A stretch of DNA of 64,000 bases from Candidatus Eiseniibacteriota bacterium. GTDB lineage: Bacteria > Eisenbacteria > RBG-16-71-46 > SZUA-252. Under the pieces are notes generated by a model, which searched no databases, was not told the origin of the DNA, and worked only from the letters and a program-made list of their open reading frames with translations. Each line of letters opens with the position of its first letter. The stretch's first letter is position 1. Shown here one piece after another: positions 60,033 to 64,000 of this stretch. A program made the position numbers and the translations under genes. The stretch covers positions 2,560,001 through 2,624,000 of the forward strand of contig OY969801.1 of assembly GCA_963703225.1 (NCBI GenBank). The letters run 5' to 3'.

Positions 60033-62330
60033 TCAGTCCGGCAGCGGCCAGCGGAATTCGCGCCGATGCTCCGCGATGCGGCGGTGCACGCCGGCGATGA
60101 ACGGCTGCCAGCGCGGGTCGGCGTGGAGCGGAGCGAAGAAGATCGGATTCTCGTAGAGCGCCGCCGTGTCGTTGCCGAGCTCGACCGCCCGGTCGAGAAG
60201 CCGGAACGCTTCATCGAGCTCCCCGAGATGGCCAGCGAGGGCCGCCGCGTCGGCGGCGAAATCCATGTCGACGAGGGCGGATTGTTCCAAGGGCGCGCGG
60301 CTCTGGAGCGCCTTCTCGCGGTTTCCCGTCTTCAAGTAGGCGACCGCTCTGTCGAGCAGCGCTGATCTGCCCTGGAGTCCTTCGTCACCCAGCCTCTCGA
60401 ACTGGGTAACCGCCTCGCCAAAGCGACCGCGCGCGACGAGCAGCTCGCCGATCAACTCGTCCGCCCGATCCGGAAACCTGGGCCTCAGGTGCTGGAGCTG
60501 CGCCTCCGCGCGATCGAATTCTCCGCGCAACATGTGGAGCCGAGCCACCCCCAATTGGGTCCACGCAACATGGGGGTCGAGCTCGACGCCCTTCAACTCG
60601 GCCTGCATCGCCTCATCCAACATGTTGCAAAGTCGGAACAGATACGCGAAGTAGTGGTACAGAATCGGGTGATTGGGGGTCTTGCGGCGTGACGCCAGGA
60701 ATTCCCGATAGGCCTCGCGCCTTCTGCCGTACACAAGATGCATCGCGCCGGTCGCGAAACTTACTTGGGGGTCCTCGGGATCGAGGGCGCGCGCCTTCTC
60801 GATGGCTTCCCCAGCCTTGACATACCATATGGGGTCGGACTCGAAGCCGCTGTCGACCATGCTGTGATACGCGCTCCCGAGGTTCGCCCACGCCCGCGCG
60901 TAGCCGGGCTCGAGCAGCACGGCGCGCCGAAACTCGTTCGTCGCCCTTACAATTTCCTCGCGGGTTGTCGCCGCTCGATGCGCCTCCAGGCCTCGGAGAA
61001 ATAGCTCGTAGGCCTCGGGGGAAGGCGTGAACTTCCGCGCCGCTGCGCCAGAGGCGCCCAGAGCGTCCACGGAGAGCCTCGCCGTGAGCGCCTCCGCGAT
61101 CCCCTTCGCCACCTGGTCCTGAACCTCGAAGATGTCTTCGAAACCCAGGTCCACCTTCCCGGCCCACAACGCCCGGCCGCTCGGCGTCTCCACGAGGCGG
61201 GCGGTCGCGCGGAACCGGTCTCCCGCTCGTTGGAACGACGCGTCGAGCACCGCCGTCACGTCCAGCTCCTGCCCCACCCGCCGCGGCTCCACGGCCTGGT
61301 TCTCGTAGACTGCGATCGAGCCGGTGGAGCGGACGACGAGGTCGGGCGAGTTCATGAGACGCGTGATCACGGCGTCGGCCAGCCCCACGCCGAGGTAGTT
61401 GAGATCCGGGCTCCCGCCGATGTTCTTGAACGGAAGCACCGCGATCGCGCGGAGACTCTTCGCCGAGCCACCGAGGGAAGCCCCCCCGCCGCTCTGTGTC
61501 GCGGCGCCGCAGCCACACTCGAGCGTCTCCAAGTCGACGTCGAAATCGCGGGCCGAGGAATGCCGTCGCAGCGGATCCTTGGTCAGGGCCTTGGCGAGCA
61601 CGAAATCGAAATCGGTCGTGAGCGCGCGATTCACGCGCGACGGCGGCTCCGGCGATTCATGGAGGATGCGGTGCATCGTCTCGACCGCCGATTCGGCGGC
61701 GAAGGGATGCGCTCCGGTCAACAGCTCGTAGAGGATGGTGCCCAGGGAGAAGAGATCGCTCGAGGGGCCCGCAGCCTGGCCCAAGACCTGCTCGGGGGAC
61801 ATGTAGGGCGCGGTGCCCATCACCGTGCCGAGGGACGTCACGGTCTTCCCCTCCTCAGGCGAGAGGCTTCGGGCGAGGCCGAAGTCGAGAATTTTCAAGA
61901 TTCCATCGCGCCGGACCAGCATGTTCTCCGGCTTGAGGTCGCGATGGACCAGGCCCGCCGCGTGCGCCACCTGAAGCGCCGCGGTGGCCTGGCGCATCAT
62001 CGAGAGCACCGCGACCGGAGCGCGCGGTTTGGCGCGGGCCCATGCGCGGAGCGTCTCACCGTCGACCAGCTCCATCGCGACGAAGAGCGTGCCGTCCGAC
62101 TCGCCGAGATCGTGGACGATGATGATGTTGGGGTGATTGAGCGCGGATGCGGCGCGGGCTTCGTGGAGGAGGCGTTCCCTGCGCTCCGGGTCGTGCGTGA
62201 ATTCGGGCGGGAGCACCTTGATCGCGAGGCGCCGGTGGAGCGAAGGATCCTCCGCCAAGAAGACGCGGCCCATCCCGCCCTGCCCGAGAGGCTCGAGAAT
62301 CCGATACCGACCCAGCGAAGTCCCGATCAT
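60033..62330 (-). CDS. Hanks-type Ser/Thr kinase with TolB-N-like and TPR domains
   Basis: LGQGGMG.V, AIKVL, HRDLKPEN, DFGLA, GTAPYMSPEQ and IAVLPF.N motifs; TPR helices. Confidence 0.92.
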   Translation of the reverse strand: MIGTSLGRYRILEPLGQGGMGRVFLAEDPSLHRRLAIKVLPPEFTHDPERRERLLHEARAASALNHPNIIIVHDLGESDGTLFVAMELVDGETLRAWARAKPRAPVAVLSMMRQATAALQVAHAAGLVHRDLKPENMLVRRDGILKILDFGLARSLSPEEGKTVTSLGTVMGTAPYMSPEQVLGQAAGPSSDLFSLGTILYELLTGAHPFAAESAVETMHRILHESPEPPSRVNRALTTDFDFVLAKALTKDPLRRHSSARDFDVDLETLECGCGAATQSGGGASLGGSAKSLRAIAVLPFKNIGGSPDLNYLGVGLADAVITRLMNSPDLVVRSTGSIAVYENQAVEPRRVGQELDVTAVLDASFQRAGDRFRATARLVETPSGRALWAGKVDLGFEDIFEVQDQVAKGIAEALTARLSVDALGASGAAARKFTPSPEAYELFLRGLEAHRAATTREEIVRATNEFRRAVLLEPGYARAWANLGSAYHSMVDSGFESDPIWYVKAGEAIEKARALDPEDPQVSFATGAMHLVYGRRREAYREFLASRRKTPNHPILYHYFAYLFRLCNMLDEAMQAELKGVELDPHVAWTQLGVARLHMLRGEFDRAEAQLQHLRPRFPDRADELIGELLVARGRFGEAVTQFERLGDEGLQGRSALLDRAVAYLKTGNREKALQSRAPLEQSALVDMDFAADAAALAGHLGELDEAFRLLDRAVELGNDTAALYENPIFFAPLHADPRWQPFIAGVHRRIAEHRREFRWPLPD

Positions 62331-62390
62331 GGGGGAAGGATAACACCCGCGCCGGGGGTGAGGGGCGGGCGGCGCGTGACCTCTGGCGCT

Positions 62391-63047
62391 CTAGTGGGCT
62401 CCGGTGGAATCGCTCGCGGCCGGCACGGTCTTATCGGCCGCCGCGCCGACAGCGCCAGGCGAAACCTTCGCGATGGCCTCGGCCAGCTCCTCCGCCTCGT
62501 CCGAGTCGTTGGCGCGGAGCCACGCGAGCTGGGTCTTGGCGTTGGCGAGATCCCCGCTCTGGAGGTAGGCCTCGCCCAGGTACTCGTGCGCTTCGTCGTA
62601 GTCGGGCTGGATGGAGAGGCACTTGTGATAGGCGGCGAAGGCCCGCTTGAGGTCGCCGGTCTTGCGGGAGCAGTAGCCCACCATGTTCCAGGCCTGGTAG
62701 TAGGCGTCGTCTCGTTCCACGGCGCCCTCGAACTGCTTGAGCGCCTTCCCGAATTTCTTCTTGGCGTCGCCGGTCTTGCCCGACTTATCCAGCGCCTTCG
62801 CCTCCTGCGCCATGTCGTAGCCCTTGGCGTAGAGCTTCTCCGCCTCGGCGCGGGTCGCCTTGATCTTCGCCGAATCGTCGCCGGCCGGAGTCTGCTGCGT
62901 GGCCGGCATCTCGCTCGCCGGCGGCTGTTGACGGGGCGGCGACGGGGCACTGCCTGAAGCCGAGGCCGAGGTCGTGCACCAAAGAAGCCCCAAGAGCGTG
63001 ATCGCGGCGGCGCGGATCGCAGTGGCGCTGCTCTTGTCTCGATTCAT
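62391..63047 (-). CDS. Secreted TPR protein
   Basis: Signal peptide; AWNMVGYCSRK.GD...A..AY and AHEYLGEAYL motifs. Confidence 0.8.
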   Translation of the reverse strand: MNRDKSSATAIRAAAITLLGLLWCTTSASASGSAPSPPRQQPPASEMPATQQTPAGDDSAKIKATRAEAEKLYAKGYDMAQEAKALDKSGKTGDAKKKFGKALKQFEGAVERDDAYYQAWNMVGYCSRKTGDLKRAFAAYHKCLSIQPDYDEAHEYLGEAYLQSGDLANAKTQLAWLRANDSDEAEELAEAIAKVSPGAVGAAADKTVPAASDSTGAH

Positions 63048-63096
63048 GCCCTGAATCCTACCAGATCGGGACCTCTTCCGGTATGCTCACCGCCCC

Positions 63097-64000
63097 ATGC
63101 GGAAGAGCCGAAGGTTTCCGCTCGTATCGACGGCAGCCGCGCTCTCGGCGCTCGTCACGCTCGCCGCCGATCCCGCCGCGGCGGCCGAAGCGCCCGGCGG
63201 CTCGGTCGTGCCGCTCCTCTTGGGACTCTCGATCGTCCTCGGCGCGGCCAAGGTCGTCGGTTGGCTCACGACCAAGGTCGGCCAGCCGGCCGTCCTGGGC
63301 GAGCTCATCGCCGGCATCCTCATCGGGAACCTCACCCTCGCCGGCTACCACGGCCTCGAATGGCTGCGCGGCGACCCGACGCTCTCGCTCCTCGCCGAGT
63401 TGGGCGTGATCGTGCTCCTCTTCGAGGTCGGGCTCCAGTCGAGCATGGAGCAGATGCGGCGCGTCGGCGCCTCCGCGTTCCTCGTCGCCCTGATCGGCGT
63501 CGTTACCCCGTTCGCGCTCGGCTGGCTCGCCGGCGCATGGCTCCTCCCAGGGCACTCCCCCTACGTGCAGGCTTTCCTGGGAGCCGTCTTGACCGCGACC
63601 AGCGTGGGGATCACCGCCCGCGTGCTCCGCGACCTGAACGCGACCCAGACGACGGAGGCCCGGATCATCCTCGGCGCCGCGGTGATCGACGACGTGATGG
63701 GGCTCGTGATCCTCGCGGTGGTGAGCAGCGCGATCACGGTGGCCGGACAGGGGGGCGGCCCGCTCCCGCTCGCGAAGATCGCATGGATTTCGGCCAAGGC
63801 ACTCGGATTCCTCGCGGCGGCGATCTTCTTCGGCACGCTCTTGGCGCCACGCCTTCTCGGGCTTGCGGCGCGGGTCCGCGTTCGGGGAATCCTGCTCACG
63901 TCGGGGCTCCTCTTCTGCTTCCTGCTCTCCTACCTCGCCGCGCTCGCCGGCTTGGCGCCGATCGTCGGGGCCTTCGCGGCCGGCCTGATCTTGGAGCCGG
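63097..64000 (+). CDS. Cation:proton antiporter (CPA2/NapA-like), 3'-partial
   Basis: Not in the ORF track because it has no stop. Translation from the ATG at 63097 gives GQPAVLGELIAGIL, LLFEVGL, TATSVGITARVL, AAVIDD and GLAPIVGAFAAGL. Confidence 0.9.
   Translation, partial: MRKSRRFPLVSTAAALSALVTLAADPAAAAEAPGGSVVPLLLGLSIVLGAAKVVGWLTTKVGQPAVLGELIAGILIGNLTLAGYHGLEWLRGDPTLSLLAELGVIVLLFEVGLQSSMEQMRRVGASAFLVALIGVVTPFALGWLAGAWLLPGHSPYVQAFLGAVLTATSVGITARVLRDLNATQTTEARIILGAAVIDDVMGLVILAVVSSAITVAGQGGGPLPLAKIAWISAKALGFLAAAIFFGTLLAPRLLGLAARVRVRGILLTSGLLFCFLLSYLAALAGLAPIVGAFAAGLILEP

Overview
High-GC (~68-70% by eye) bacterial chromosome segment from a diderm organism: it has OmpA, MlaFED, and a secreted protein with an FlgD-Ig-type C-terminal domain. 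The gene style suggests Ca. Eisenbacteria or a related FCB-adjacent lineage, which is inference only. No rRNA, tRNA, CRISPR array, transposase or integrase was recognised. Content: a complete ccsA-hemACDBLENHY heme operon; queE-queD; a candidate ceramide/sphingolipid island (spt, GNAT ceramide synthase and SDR ceramide reductase, converging on FA2H-like hydroxylase-mlaEFD, with a large secreted choice-of-anchor-B-like gene between); citrate synthase flanked by two Ntn-hydrolase-like genes; a DtxR/MntR regulator with a visible operator facing cupredoxin, two-domain multicopper oxidase and ZIP genes; NodIJ-like and HlyD-type ABC exporters; an ECF sigma/anti-sigma pair; a Cas4-like/DEDD dual-nuclease gene (DUF2779-like); a heme-free Sdh1-type succinate dehydrogenase; an orphan BoxB-like diiron enzyme coupled to a GNAT; OmpA with five TSP3-like repeats, followed by an unexplained ~190-nt highly structured non-coding element and a terminator; a Ser/Thr kinase-TPR; and a partial CPA2 antiporter. 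At least nine genes carry single-base frameshifts that look like long-read assembly errors. About eleven genes have a TAnnnT box 6-7 nt before the start codon, which suggests frequent leaderless transcription. All calls come from reading the sequence and translations; no database searches were run.
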